A stretch of DNA of 64,000 nt from Proteobacteria bacterium CG1_02_64_396 (GTDB lineage Bacteria > Pseudomonadota > MNWR01 > CG1-02-64-396), in contig MNWR01000007.1 in assembly GCA_001872725.1 (NCBI GenBank), positions 5,673 to 69,672 of the forward strand. Reading direction: 5' to 3'. Made by a program: the position numbers and the translations under genes. Each line of letters opens with the position of its first letter. Within the stretch, counting starts at the first letter, position 1. Below are positions 42,996-53,088 of the stretch, piece by piece. Under the pieces are notes generated by a model. It ran no database searches, had not been told where the DNA came from, and saw only the letters and a list, made by a program, of their open reading frames with translations.

Positions 42996-44045
42996 ATGGA
43001 CCTCTACCGTCCCCGCGATACCTCGGGCCTGAAGCCCATCCTCTACTTCCACGCCATGGCCCACCTCGGCATCGAGGGGTTGGTGATCGTCGAACCGAGC
43101 GACCGTTTCGTCAGCGTCGGCTTCTTCGACGACACCGCCAAGATCGTCGATCTCGACCGCTGCCACGCCCTGGGTTTGCCGGTGATGCGCCGCGAGGTGG
43201 GGGGCGGGGCGGTGCTCCTCGGTCCCGGCCAGGTCTTCTACCACCTGGTGATGCAGCGGGGCAGCCACGGCATTCCGGTGCAGGTCGACGAGGCCTACAA
43301 GGTGCTCTCCATCCCCCCCATCGAGACCTATGCCCACTTCGGGGTCGAGGCGCGCTACCGCCCGATCAACGACCTCATCACCCCCGAGGGGCGCAAGATT
43401 TCGGGGCAGGGGGCGGCCGACATCGGCAAATGCTTCGTCTTCGTTGGCTCGATCCTGCGCCATTTCGACGTCGCGACGATGACCCAGGTGCTGCGGGTCC
43501 CCGACGAGAAATTCCGCGACAAAATCTTCAAAACCATGGATGAAAACATGAGCTGGCTGGAGCGGGAGAGTCAGGCCCGCCCCACCTCGCGGGAGGTGGG
43601 CGACGTGCTGGCCGCCTCTTTTGGCCGATTGCTTGGTCCGCTGCATGAAAAGGTGCTCCCCCCCGAGGCGATCACACTGGCCGAGCAACTGGGGGGGGAA
43701 TTCACCAGCGACGAGTTTTTGTTCGAAGAGACCCCCCGCCGCCACGAGGCGATCAAGATTCGGGAGGGGGTCTATCTGCGCCAGGGGATGCACAAGGCGC
43801 GGGGGGGATTGATCTGGGCCGAGGTCGAGGTGGCGGAGGATCGCATCGCGGCGCTCAAGATCGGTGGCGACTTCACCTTCATCCCCAAGGGGGACTTTGC
43901 GCCGCTGCAAGACCACCTGATCGGCGCCCCCTTCGAGGTGGAAACGGTGGCCAGCAGCATCGCCCGTTTCATGGCCGAACGTGCCGTCGAAACGCCGGGG
44001 GTGCTTCCCTGCGATTTTGCCCAAGCGATTGTGGGGCAAGGATGA
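42996..44045 (+). CDS. Lipoate-protein ligase A family
   Basis: RREVGGGAV, INDL..GRKISGQG, C-terminal GDF accessory domain. Confidence 0.85.
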   Translation: MDLYRPRDTSGLKPILYFHAMAHLGIEGLVIVEPSDRFVSVGFFDDTAKIVDLDRCHALGLPVMRREVGGGAVLLGPGQVFYHLVMQRGSHGIPVQVDEAYKVLSIPPIETYAHFGVEARYRPINDLITPEGRKISGQGAADIGKCFVFVGSILRHFDVATMTQVLRVPDEKFRDKIFKTMDENMSWLERESQARPTSREVGDVLAASFGRLLGPLHEKVLPPEAITLAEQLGGEFTSDEFLFEETPRRHEAIKIREGVYLRQGMHKARGGLIWAEVEVAEDRIAALKIGGDFTFIPKGDFAPLQDHLIGAPFEVETVASSIARFMAERAVETPGVLPCDFAQAIVGQG

Positions 44046-44578
44046 TCGGCAAGCTGATCTTCATCGCGCTGCTGCTGGTGTTTGGGGCGGCGATGTTCAT
44101 GGCGGGGATGTGGGCTCCAGAGACGGTGCGGGGACCGGTCTCGTCGGGACTGAGCAAGGTGTTGCCCGCCACCGCGTTGCCGGGGGCTCGCCCGAGCGGT
44201 CCGAACCTCGTTACCTCAGGCACTCCGAGTGGGCAAGAGGCCACCACCGATCAAGAAACCCCACCCCCTCGCTACGATACCCTGCTCCCTCCGGTGCCAC
44301 CCCCAGAACCCGGAGATTATGTCATCCAGCTGGGGCTCTACGCTTCGGGCGAAGCGGCGGACGCGTTGGCGGCCAAGGCGGCGAGGTTGGGGCTGGAGAC
44401 GGCCCAGGTCGAGGTGGTTGATCGCCACGCAGAGCACTGGATCGTGTTGATCGCCGGTAGCTTCAAGGGCCCTGCCGAGGCTCAGGGGATGCAGGTCGAA
44501 TGGGCCCAGATGCTGAATTTGCCGCCGCCGCTACCGCTCCTGTTGCTCCCTCCTCCACCCCCTCCGGCAGGCTCCTGA
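44042..44578 (+). CDS. Membrane-anchored SPOR domain protein
   Basis: N-terminal TM, Pro-rich linker, YVIQLGLY...GSF SPOR pattern. Confidence 0.7.
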   Translation: MIGKLIFIALLLVFGAAMFMAGMWAPETVRGPVSSGLSKVLPATALPGARPSGPNLVTSGTPSGQEATTDQETPPPRYDTLLPPVPPPEPGDYVIQLGLYASGEAADALAAKAARLGLETAQVEVVDRHAEHWIVLIAGSFKGPAEAQGMQVEWAQMLNLPPPLPLLLLPPPPPPAGS

Positions 44579-44594
44579 GCGAGACGGCAACAAA

Positions 44595-45326
44595 TCACTC
44601 CCAATCCATCCCTCCACCCGATTCATCCGAACCACCCTGCGGGGGGGCGGGATCAACGACCCACTGTTGCCACAACTCAGGATGGAGCACCACCCAGACC
44701 CCGCCAATTGCGACCACCAAGGTGAGCAGTGCCACCCACAGAGGGCGCAACTGGGGGGCGGTGGCATGGGGGGGGAGTTGGGCGGCGGTTTTGAAGCCGC
44801 TGATCATGGTGGCGATCAGGTCGTCCCCATGTTTGCGATGGAAGAGCACCGCCGAAACGTGGGTGACAACCACACCGAGGATGCCCCAGTACAGGATCGA
44901 ATGCAGGGTCGTCAGCTGGCCTGAAACGGTGGATGAGACCAAGTGTTTCAAAGGGCCGGAGACGATAACGTCGTCGCTGGCGAAGAGTCCGGCGGTGCAC
45001 TGCGCCAGCAGCAAGGTGAGCAGCAGCAGCACCGACCACCCTCCCACCGGGTTGTGGCCAACACTCAAGGGGGGGTGGCCTGTCAGGGTGGCACGCAGGG
45101 CGGGAAGCACGGTGTGTGGCCCTTGAATCAGCGGCAGCAACCGGGCCGTTTCGCTGCCCCACACCCCCCACATCAGCCGGAAGAACAGCAGCGTCAACAC
45201 CGCAAATCCCCCCCACTGATGCCAGGTCAACATCGTGTCGCCGAAGCGCTGGGTGAACCAGGCCGAGAGGACGAGGGCGACCAAGAGCCAATGGAACAGG
45301 CGGGTGGGGAGATCCCAGATCTTCAT
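44595..45326 (-). CDS. Cytochrome b/b6 (Ni-hydrogenase b-type-like) membrane protein
   Basis: IWDLPTRLFHW, GHNPVGG, conserved TM His; ATG at 45326. Confidence 0.9.
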   Translation of the reverse strand: MKIWDLPTRLFHWLLVALVLSAWFTQRFGDTMLTWHQWGGFAVLTLLFFRLMWGVWGSETARLLPLIQGPHTVLPALRATLTGHPPLSVGHNPVGGWSVLLLLTLLLAQCTAGLFASDDVIVSGPLKHLVSSTVSGQLTTLHSILYWGILGVVVTHVSAVLFHRKHGDDLIATMISGFKTAAQLPPHATAPQLRPLWVALLTLVVAIGGVWVVLHPELWQQWVVDPAPPQGGSDESGGGMDWE

Positions 45327-45363
45327 GGCGGGCCTAACGGGGGTTGAAGCGGAAGACCAAGGC

Positions 45364-45458
45364 CGTCTCACGCGAAGGGCGCGAAGGGTACGAAGAAGAG
45401 CAACACCAAAACAAAAACCGAGGTTTCTTGGTTGACTTCGCGCCCTTCGCGCGAGACG
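45364..45458. repeat. Inverted repeat pair with 23-bp arms
   Basis: CGTCTCACGCGAAGGGCGCGAAG / CTTCGCGCCCTTCGCGCGAGACG, 22/23 match. Confidence 0.75.
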
Positions 45459-45476
45459 ACTTTTTAAGTCGTTACG

Positions 45477-45917
45477 TCACTTGCTTTTGAAGTCGTCGTG
45501 GCAGGCTTTGCAGCTTCCACCCAGACGTTTGAATGCGTCGATTTGGGCCTGGCGGTCGTCGCCCTGCGCGGCCTGAACCATGGCGTCGGTGGCAGCGGCG
45601 GCATCCTGGCCCGCCTTTTTGAACTTCTCGGGTTGTTCCCAAATGGCGGGGGCCGCCTTGGTTTCGCCGGTTCCGGAGCCGGGGGGGAAGGCGTTGCCAA
45701 GGTGGGCGAAGGCATCCTTGATCCCTTGGGCGTGGAAAAGCACATCCTTGGTGGCGCCGTGGCCGAGGAAGAGGATCGAATGCAGCGCCGTCATGTGGCC
45801 GGAGGCAATCTTAAAGATGCCGTGGCGATGGACGATGTCGGGGTTGGTCTCGCCAGCCCAGGCGGGAGCGGCAAACAAGGCGGTTGCAACGCAGATGGCA
45901 GCGACGAAACGTTTCAA
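45477..45917 (-). CDS. Class II cytochrome c (c'/c556)
   Basis: Signal peptide, FPPGS...AIWEQPEKF, C-terminal CKACH; TTG start after AGGAGG. Confidence 0.92.
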   Translation of the reverse strand: MKRFVAAICVATALFAAPAWAGETNPDIVHRHGIFKIASGHMTALHSILFLGHGATKDVLFHAQGIKDAFAHLGNAFPPGSGTGETKAAPAIWEQPEKFKKAGQDAAAATDAMVQAAQGDDRQAQIDAFKRLGGSCKACHDDFKSK

Positions 45918-46090
45918 GGGTATTCCTCCTGATGGGTCGAAATTGAAGCCGTCAGGGCTTCAAGGCAAGGGGCAACGGGGCCCCGAGAGGGCGATGATCC
46001 CCAAGGTTCTCTCCGAGGATCGGATGGTGGGAATCCCATTCTATGGGGTGGCGATGCGGGGATTCCCGATTGCAGGTCTGGATTTGCACG

Positions 46091-46140
46091 CGCTGTGAAC
46101 GACAAAAGGCATCGAAAGATGCCTTTTGTCGTTCACAGCG
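46091..46140. repeat. Perfect 23-bp hairpin with GAAA loop
   Basis: CGCTGTGAACGACAAAAGGCATC-GAAA-exact reverse complement. Confidence 0.85.
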
Positions 46141-46184
46141 TGAAGGGGGTGGGCCCGATCTTTTCTTAAATTTGCCCGAGAGGT

Positions 46185-46390
46185 CTAAGGAAGCGCTGAT
46201 TGATTGGCGCTTCCGATCGGCCCAGGGATGGGCCGCCAAAATAGCGCAGTCGTAGGAGGCGACCTAAGTCGCCGAAGCTCTGCTGATTTTGCAAGCGAAG
46301 CCAAAACCATCGCCGCCTCATGGCGCCGACTTTTGGTTTTTGCGTCGCGTGCCGATTCAAGGCAGGAGCCTTTCATCAGCGTTTCCCTGA
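46185..46390. mobile_element. IS5-like MITE (about 198 bp plus flanks)
   Basis: Terminal IRs GGAAGCGCTGAT / ATCAGCGTTTCC (11/12 match) flanked by CTAA and CTGA; no transposase. Confidence 0.55.
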
Positions 46391-46480
46391 AGGCGGCTAC
46401 GTTCACGCAAACAAAAAATACCGGTGTACGGTGAGAGCCAGCGCGGGGGGGAGGTTTGTTCGGAAGACGGGTCGGGTTGC

Positions 46481-47044
46481 CTAAAACCGAATTCCCAGAT
46501 CGAACGCAGCGGTCACCACCCGGATCTTTCCCCCCGAATTGGGGAAATAGGTGGTTTCGTAACCCTGGGTGGGACGTGCGCCCAAGGCGAGGTTGAGCAC
46601 CACGGTCGATCCTTGATAACCAAAGCCCAGGATCCCCTCGACCCCGCCGGCATTGTAACTGGCCGTGCCGACCACCCCTGAGATGTGGTCGGAATAGCCC
46701 CCCAGACCGATGTAACCGTTCCACCCCTGGCGCCAATTCGTCCCCAGCAAAAGCGACAACTCCCCCCCAGTCATTTTGACGCTGCTTCCCCCCAATGGGC
46801 TGGCTTTGCTGCCACCGCTCCCCTTGAGCATGTAGTAGCGCAACTGAAAGGCGAGGTTGTCGCTGGCGGGAATCAAAGCCTGAAGCCCAGGGCCGTTCAG
46901 CAGGTCGGTGGTGTTGGCGCTGCTGGTGTCGACCACCTGCATCGCCATACCCGAAACCCCAATCGAGGTGGCGGGAATCTCTCGGGCTTGAGCAGTGGCG
47001 GCGCTGCCGAGGATCAGCAGCAAAGCAATGGCGGAGCGGGACAT
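46481..47044 (-). CDS. Small outer-membrane beta-barrel protein (paralog 2)
   Basis: Signal peptide, alternating beta pattern, C-terminal LGIRF. Confidence 0.75.
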   Translation of the reverse strand: MSRSAIALLLILGSAATAQAREIPATSIGVSGMAMQVVDTSSANTTDLLNGPGLQALIPASDNLAFQLRYYMLKGSGGSKASPLGGSSVKMTGGELSLLLGTNWRQGWNGYIGLGGYSDHISGVVGTASYNAGGVEGILGFGYQGSTVVLNLALGARPTQGYETTYFPNSGGKIRVVTAAFDLGIRF

Positions 47045-47196
47045 GGCGGCACCTGTTCGTCAAAAAGCGTCAAGAATGGGACGGCGCATGAAACGTGGAT
47101 GGGGTGGGTGGGGCAGTGACGATGATTGCAGGGGGATGCTACGGGGTATCTTCAGCCGGGCCAAGGAACCCCGGCCCGGCTGAAGATCAAGCGGGA

Positions 47197-47766
47197 TCAG
47201 AAGAAGAAGGACAGATCCAAGGAGGCCGATGAGGCAGCCGTATTGCCGGTCCCGAAGAAGATGTCAGTGTCGTATTTGCTGGCGGACCGAATCGCTACAG
47301 AAAAATCGATGGCGAGGAAGCCGCCGTTATAGCCAAGCCCAAGCACCCCCATGCCGCCGGAGAAGGAGTTCGAGCTGGCACCCGAGGTCGAATTGCCGAA
47401 TTTTTCAGAAAATCCACCCGCCCCAACATACAGATTGCCCCCCTGGGCCCAATTCGTGCCGAAGAGAATGGCGAAATCGGCGCCCGTGAGGGTGATGTTA
47501 TTGCTGCTCAGAATGGTCCCTTTGCCGTCCTGAACCCCTTTTAGGGAATAGAAGTGTGCCCGCAGAGCTATGGTTTCATCGAAGGGGAGGGTGCCCACGA
47601 GGGCGCCGCCCGAGAAGGTGTCGGTCGTCGAAATAATGTCGGTGTTGACGATGGCGACGGCATAACTGCCGATACCGATCGAGGCGCGCGGGCCATCCTC
47701 GGCTTGAGCCGAGAGCGGCGCTGCGAGAGCGAGAAGGACTGCGGCGGTCGTGGCGATTCGTTTCAT
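47197..47766 (-). CDS. Small outer-membrane beta-barrel protein (paralog 1)
   Basis: Signal peptide AQA, beta pattern, C-terminal Phe; shares GTNW.QG.N.Y.G.GG with neighbour. Confidence 0.75.
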   Translation of the reverse strand: MKRIATTAAVLLALAAPLSAQAEDGPRASIGIGSYAVAIVNTDIISTTDTFSGGALVGTLPFDETIALRAHFYSLKGVQDGKGTILSSNNITLTGADFAILFGTNWAQGGNLYVGAGGFSEKFGNSTSGASSNSFSGGMGVLGLGYNGGFLAIDFSVAIRSASKYDTDIFFGTGNTAASSASLDLSFFF

Positions 47767-47938
47767 GATCTCTCTCCTTGTCTATGAACAGCTGTGCATG
47801 GCGCCGACGGCGCTACGTTCAAATGTGAGAAAATCCTAAACACGTTGGGGCCTTGCTGCCAAGGTGGATCCCTTACACCCCCCATCTTGACGCTGCCACC
47901 CCTTCCTGCTTTCATTCGCGCCCTTTTTTGCAGGGCAT

Positions 47939-48014
47939 GGGGCCGTAGCTCAGTTGGTAGAGCGTCTCGTTCGCAATGAGAAGGTCAGGGGTTCGATTCC
48001 CCTCGGCTCCACCA
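47939..48014 (+). tRNA. tRNA-Ala (anticodon CGC)
   Basis: 76-nt cloverleaf, G3:U70 pair, anticodon loop TT-CGC-AA, GTTCGA T-loop, encoded CCA. Confidence 0.96.
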
Positions 48015-48031
48015 TATTTACAAAATCCCAG

Positions 48032-48062
48032 AAGAGCACCGACATCCCTCGGTGCTTTTTTT
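48032..48062 (+). terminator. Terminator after tRNA
   Basis: AGCACCGA-loop-TCGGTGCT followed by a T run. Confidence 0.8.
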
Positions 48063-48119
48063 GTTTTCGGCTCCTACAAAACTCGGAGCCACTCCTCGTA
48101 CCGCACAAAGGAGGTCCCC

Positions 48120-48407
48120 GTGGCACTGGACGTCCAACGGGTTGCCCAGGTGGCGACCCTCTCCCGTTTGGCTTTGAGTCAAGAGGAGCAGACCCGCATG
48201 GCGGGGCAGCTCTCCGCCATCCTCGAATACATCGACCACCTGCAAGAGGTCGATACCGACGGGGTCTCCCCCTCCGCCGCCAACATCGACCGGCAGACCC
48301 CCATGCGCGAGGACGTCGTCAGCAACGGAGACATCCGCGACAAGCTGATCGAACGGGCCCCGGCCAGCGTCGAGGGCTGTTTCCTCGTTCCGCCGGTCAT
48401 CGAATAA
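48120..48407 (+). CDS. gatC: Asp/Glu-tRNA amidotransferase subunit C
   Basis: [35 protein letters not shown] after AGGAGG. Confidence 0.93.
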   Translation: MALDVQRVAQVATLSRLALSQEEQTRMAGQLSAILEYIDHLQEVDTDGVSPSAANIDRQTPMREDVVSNGDIRDKLIERAPASVEGCFLVPPVIE

Positions 48408-48417
48408 AGGAGCCGCC

Positions 48418-49839
48418 ATGTTCAACTCGATCCAGGCTGCCCTGACCGCTCTGAACAAGGGCGAGCTCTCCAGCCGCGAGCTGACCCAGCATTACCTGGG
48501 CCGCATCGCCGCCCACAACGACCGCCTCAATGCCTACATCACCGTGACCGCCGAATCGGCACTGGCCCAAGCCGATGCCGCCGACGCCGCCCGCAAGGCG
48601 GGGAGCGCCGGGCCGCTGGCCGGGATCCCCATCGCGCAGAAAGACATCTTCGTCACCGAGGGGGTACGAACCACCTGCGGCTCGAAGATGCTGGGCCACT
48701 GGAATCCCCCCTACACCGCCACCGTGGTCGAAAAGCTCAATGCCGCCGGGACCGTGATGCTGGGCAAGGCCAACATGGATGAGTTCGCCATGGGCTCCTC
48801 CAACGAGACCAGCGCCTTCGGCCCGGTGCGCAATCCCCTGGACGAAACCCGCATCCCCGGCGGTTCGTCGGGGGGCTCGGCGGCGGCGGTAGCGGGCGAT
48901 TTGGCCTTGGCCGCCACCGGCACCGACACCGGCGGCTCGATCCGACAGCCCGCCGCCTGCTGCGGCGTGGTGGGGCTCAAGCCGACCTATGGCCGCTCGT
49001 CGCGCTACGGCATGATCGCCTTTGCCTCCTCGCTGGATCAGGCCGGTCCCATCGCCAAGACGGTGGCCGACTGCGGTTTGCTGCTCAATGCCATGGCGGG
49101 GCACGACCCCAAGGATTCGACCTCCATCGACCGCGAGGGTGAGGATTTCACCGCCCTGATTGGCCGCGACATCAAGGGGATGAAGATCGGGCTGCCCAAG
49201 GAGTATTTTGGGGCCGGAGTCGCCCCCGATGTCGCCCGGCAGATTCAGGCGGCCGCCAAGGCTTTGGCCGACCAGGGGGCCGAGATCGTCGAGGTCAGCC
49301 TGCCCCACACCGAGTACGCGGTCCCCGCCTACTACATCATCGCCCCCGCCGAATGCTCTTCGAATTTGGCCCGTTTCGACGGGGTGCGCTTCGGCCATCG
49401 CGCGCAGGGGGCCAAGAACCTGCTGGAGATGTACGTCAAATCGCGCTCCGAGGGTTTCGGCAGCGAGGTCAAGCGGCGGATCATGCTTGGCACCTACGCC
49501 CTGTCTTCGGGTTACTACGACGCCTATTACCTCAAGGCGCAGAAGGTGCGCACCCGCATCCGCGAGGATTTCGAGGCCGCCTTTGCCCAGGTCGATTTGC
49601 TCCTGACCCCCACCGCCCCCACCACCGCCTTCAAGATCGGCGAGAAGGTGGACGACCCGCTGACCATGTACCTGTCGGACATCGCCACGATTCCGGCAAG
49701 TTTGGCCGGGGTGCCGGCCATCGCGGTCCCTTTCGGCAAGGGGATTGATGGGATGCCCATCGGGGCTCAGCTGATTGGCCCCCACTGGGGCGAGGCGAAG
49801 CTGCTTCAGGTGGCGGCCGTGCTTGAGGGGGTGGCGTGA
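48418..49839 (+). CDS. gatA: Asp/Glu-tRNA amidotransferase subunit A
   Basis: Amidase signature [24 protein letters not shown]. Confidence 0.97.
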   Translation: MFNSIQAALTALNKGELSSRELTQHYLGRIAAHNDRLNAYITVTAESALAQADAADAARKAGSAGPLAGIPIAQKDIFVTEGVRTTCGSKMLGHWNPPYTATVVEKLNAAGTVMLGKANMDEFAMGSSNETSAFGPVRNPLDETRIPGGSSGGSAAAVAGDLALAATGTDTGGSIRQPAACCGVVGLKPTYGRSSRYGMIAFASSLDQAGPIAKTVADCGLLLNAMAGHDPKDSTSIDREGEDFTALIGRDIKGMKIGLPKEYFGAGVAPDVARQIQAAAKALADQGAEIVEVSLPHTEYAVPAYYIIAPAECSSNLARFDGVRFGHRAQGAKNLLEMYVKSRSEGFGSEVKRRIMLGTYALSSGYYDAYYLKAQKVRTRIREDFEAAFAQVDLLLTPTAPTTAFKIGEKVDDPLTMYLSDIATIPASLAGVPAIAVPFGKGIDGMPIGAQLIGPHWGEAKLLQVAAVLEGVA

Positions 49840-51290
49840 TGTGGACTTATGAGGGTTACGAGGTCGTGATTGGGCTGGAGGTCCATACCCAGCTTCTGAC
49901 CCACACCAAGATCTTCTGCGGCTGCTCCACCGCCTTCGGGGCGGCCCCCAACACCCAGACCTGCCCGGTCTGCACCGGCCAGCCCGGCGCGCTGCCGGTC
50001 TTCAACAAGGGTGTGGCCGAGATGGCGATCCGGCTGGGTTTGGCCACCGACAGCCAAATCCGGCGCGAGTCGGTTTTCGCCCGCAAGAATTACTTCTACC
50101 CCGATCTGCCCAAGGGCTACCAGATCAGCCAGTACGAGCTCCCCATTTGCGAACACGGCCACCTCGACATCGACTTGGAGGGCGGCGAAAGCAAGCGGAT
50201 CGGCATCACCCGGGCCCACCTTGAAGAGGATGCCGGCAAGTCGCTGCACGAGTTGACCCTTGATGGGACCGCCATCGATCTCAACCGCGCCTGCGTGCCG
50301 CTGATCGAGATCGTCTCCGAGCCGGAGCTGCGCTCCCCCGAGGAGGCGGTCGCCTACTTGAAGAAGCTGCATGCCATCGTGCGTTACATCGGCATCTGCG
50401 ACGGCAACATGCAAGAGGGTTCCTTCCGGGTCGACGCCAACGTTTCGGTGATGCGCATCGGCGCCACCGTCTTCGGCACCCGCTGCGAGCTCAAAAACAT
50501 GAACTCCTTCCGCAACGTGCAGCGGGCCATCGAGTTCGAGGTCGCCCGTCAGGTCGAACTGATCGAGGACGGCGGCAAGGTCATTCAAGAGACCCGCCTC
50601 TACGACGCGGCCAAGAACGAGACCCGTTCGATGCGCGGCAAGGAGGAGGCCCACGATTACCGCTACTTCCCCGATCCCGATTTGATCCCGCTGCGTTTGA
50701 GTCAGGCGATGATCGAGTTTGAGAAAGCCCGCCTGCCCGAGCTGCCCGATGCCAAACGCGACCGCTTCATCGGCGATTATGGGCTGTCCCGCTACGACGC
50801 CGGGGTGCTGACCAGCGAGCAAGCGTTGGCCGACTACTACGAGGCGGTGGTGGCCGGTAAGCGCGACGCCAAGCTCTGCGCCAACTGGGTGACCGGCGAC
50901 CTGCTCGGCAACCTCAACAAGGCGGGGCTCGACATCGCCCAAAGCCCGGTGAGCAGCGCCAACCTCGGTCTGATGATCGACCGGATTGCCGACGCCACCA
51001 TCTCGGGCAAGATCGCCAAAGAGGTCTTCGAGGCGATGATGGCCGGTGAACACGGCGGTAACCCCGACGCCATCATCGAGGCCAAGGGTCTGAAGCAGGT
51101 GACCGACACCGGCCCCATCGACGCCGCCATCGACGAGGCAATGGCCGAGAACCCCGGCCAGCTTGCCGACTACCGCAGTGGCAAGGACAAGCTCTTTGGT
51201 TTCTTCGTTGGTCAGGTGATGAAGAAGATGCGGGGCAAGGGCAATCCGGCGCTGGTCAACGAGCGTTTGAAGGTCAAACTCGACGGTTGA
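49839..51290 (+). CDS. gatB: Asp/Glu-tRNA amidotransferase subunit B
   Basis: [32 protein letters not shown]. Confidence 0.97.
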   Translation: MWTYEGYEVVIGLEVHTQLLTHTKIFCGCSTAFGAAPNTQTCPVCTGQPGALPVFNKGVAEMAIRLGLATDSQIRRESVFARKNYFYPDLPKGYQISQYELPICEHGHLDIDLEGGESKRIGITRAHLEEDAGKSLHELTLDGTAIDLNRACVPLIEIVSEPELRSPEEAVAYLKKLHAIVRYIGICDGNMQEGSFRVDANVSVMRIGATVFGTRCELKNMNSFRNVQRAIEFEVARQVELIEDGGKVIQETRLYDAAKNETRSMRGKEEAHDYRYFPDPDLIPLRLSQAMIEFEKARLPELPDAKRDRFIGDYGLSRYDAGVLTSEQALADYYEAVVAGKRDAKLCANWVTGDLLGNLNKAGLDIAQSPVSSANLGLMIDRIADATISGKIAKEVFEAMMAGEHGGNPDAIIEAKGLKQVTDTGPIDAAIDEAMAENPGQLADYRSGKDKLFGFFVGQVMKKMRGKGNPALVNERLKVKLDG

Positions 51291-51310
51291 GGGCGGTTGC
51301 AGGGGTGGTT

Positions 51311-51387
51311 GGTGGATGCGCTTTCGCTTATCCACCCTACCCCATTTTCGGCAATGTGTAGGGCGGATAAACGAAAGCGCATCCACC
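51311..51387. repeat. Pair of inverted GTAG-family REP elements
   Basis: GTAGGG(T/C)GGATAA(G/A)CGAAAGCGCATCCACC twice, inverted, 17-nt spacer. Confidence 0.85.
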
Positions 51388-51426
51388 TCTACCCAGCCCT
51401 CCCGTTATTTCCCAGGCGAGGCCCCC

Positions 51427-52125
51427 ATGAATCTGCCCGAACCCAACGACGTGCTGATCGAATCGCTGGCTTGGCCCGAATCGGGGCTGTTGCCCGCCAT
51501 TGCCCAGGATGCGGCCACCGGGCGGGTGCTGATGCTTGCCTGGGTGGACCGCGAGGCGGTGCGCGAAACCTTGGGGACCGGTTTTGCTTGGTACTTCAGC
51601 CGTTCGCGGGGCAAGCTCTGGCAAAAGGGGGAGTCGAGCGGTCACACCCAGCGCATCATCGAGCTGCGCACCGACTGCGACAAAGACACCCTGCTTTATG
51701 TGGTCGAGCAGGTCGGTCCCGCCTGCCATACGGGGCGTGTCGACTGTTTCTTCGAAGCCCCTACCGCCCAAGGGTGGCAAGCGGTCGAACCGTTGCCCAC
51801 CACCCCCCTGGCCCCCCTGGCCCAGTTGCAGGGGACGATTCACGAGCGCCGGGGCGCCGACCCCGAAACCTCATGGACCGCTACGCTCTTTGCCCAAGGG
51901 CGGGAGAAAATCCTGCAAAAGGTGGGGGAGGAAGCGGTGGAGTTTGTGCTCGCCTCATCGTTGGGAACCCCCGAAAAGGCAGTGAGCGAGGCGGCCGACC
52001 TGATGTACCACCTGATGGTCGCCTTAAGCGAGCAGGGTCAATCGCTCGACGATGTCGCCGCCGAATTGGCCCGGCGCGAGGGGGTCTCGGGGCTGACCGA
52101 GAAGGCCTCCCGCCCTAAGGGTTAA
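51427..52125 (+). CDS. hisIE: Bifunctional HisIE
   Basis: [44 protein letters not shown] at 51427. Confidence 0.94.
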   Translation: MNLPEPNDVLIESLAWPESGLLPAIAQDAATGRVLMLAWVDREAVRETLGTGFAWYFSRSRGKLWQKGESSGHTQRIIELRTDCDKDTLLYVVEQVGPACHTGRVDCFFEAPTAQGWQAVEPLPTTPLAPLAQLQGTIHERRGADPETSWTATLFAQGREKILQKVGEEAVEFVLASSLGTPEKAVSEAADLMYHLMVALSEQGQSLDDVAAELARREGVSGLTEKASRPKG

Positions 52126-52130
52126 TCCCC

Positions 52131-52979
52131 ATGGCTCGAACCCTCCACCCCTTGCGGTTGCACCAATCCATCGTTCTACAACCGATCTTCTCGACCTCGG
52201 CCCCGACCCCGCTCGAAATATTGGGGCGCAGTCCCCTGTTTCACCCCCTGAGCGAGCAGCAGCGCACCGAGGCGCTCGACGACAGCAAAACCCGGTGGCT
52301 ACGCGATCGCACCCGGTTGTGGAGCGAGGGAGAGATGGGGCGTTCGGTGGTGCTGGTGCTCGATGGCACCCTTTCGGTCGCCTTCGGGAATACCGTGTTG
52401 GGTCGTCTGGGTCCGGGGGCGTTGATTGGCCTCAACGGCCTGAACAAATCGCTGTTTCGCCAATTCACCGTCGGGGTGCTCGGGGCGGCGCTCCTGATCG
52501 AGCTCCCCTGGTCGCGCCTCAAGACAATCCTGCAACAACAACCCTCGGTCGAAACCGGCCTTCAGGTTTTCGTGCGCAGCCACCGCGCCTGGAAATCGCT
52601 CACCCTCCACCCCCTGTTCGCCCTGCTCGACGAGGGCCAGCGGAGTCAGGCCGCCACCGCCTCACGCTGGCTCGATCTTTCTAAAGGGGAGGTCGTGATC
52701 CGGCAGGGGGAGGTCGACCGCGACCTTTACATTGTGGTTGAGGGGAGCCTGGAGGTGTTCGAGCAGGAGGGAGAACGGGAGTTGATGGTCAACCGACTCG
52801 GACCCGGCGCGGTGGTGGGGGAGTTCGCCTTGATCGACGGCGCCCCTCGGGCCGCCACGGTGCGCACCTTGGAGCCAACCCAGCTGCTTCATGTCCCCGC
52901 CGAGGCGCTGGAGGAGGGGCTGGGGGACGGGGTTTTTCAAGAGGCATTGACTCGGTTGAAACGTCAGAAAACCGAGTAA
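52131..52979 (+). CDS. Tandem cyclic-nucleotide-binding domain protein
   Basis: Second domain intact (GEFAL..PRAATVR); first degenerate; no output domain. Confidence 0.8.
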   Translation: MARTLHPLRLHQSIVLQPIFSTSAPTPLEILGRSPLFHPLSEQQRTEALDDSKTRWLRDRTRLWSEGEMGRSVVLVLDGTLSVAFGNTVLGRLGPGALIGLNGLNKSLFRQFTVGVLGAALLIELPWSRLKTILQQQPSVETGLQVFVRSHRAWKSLTLHPLFALLDEGQRSQAATASRWLDLSKGEVVIRQGEVDRDLYIVVEGSLEVFEQEGERELMVNRLGPGAVVGEFALIDGAPRAATVRTLEPTQLLHVPAEALEEGLGDGVFQEALTRLKRQKTE

Positions 52980-52992
52980 GTTGGAACTTTGC

Positions 52993-53020
52993 TTGACCTG
53001 TGGCAGCGGCTCTTTAGAAT
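52993..53020 (+). promoter_or_regulatory. Promoter of rpmH operon
   Basis: TTGACC-16-TAGAAT followed by a GC-rich discriminator. Confidence 0.6.
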
Positions 53021-53088
53021 GCCGCCCCTTTTGCCGTCCCCCTGCGTTGGGCCCTTTGGCCTGATCGTTGTCGTTTGGAGCATTCAAG

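Noticed and set aside
47939..48014. tRNA as an island integration site
   Set aside because: No integrase and no duplicated tRNA 3' end noticed; gatCAB follows directly.
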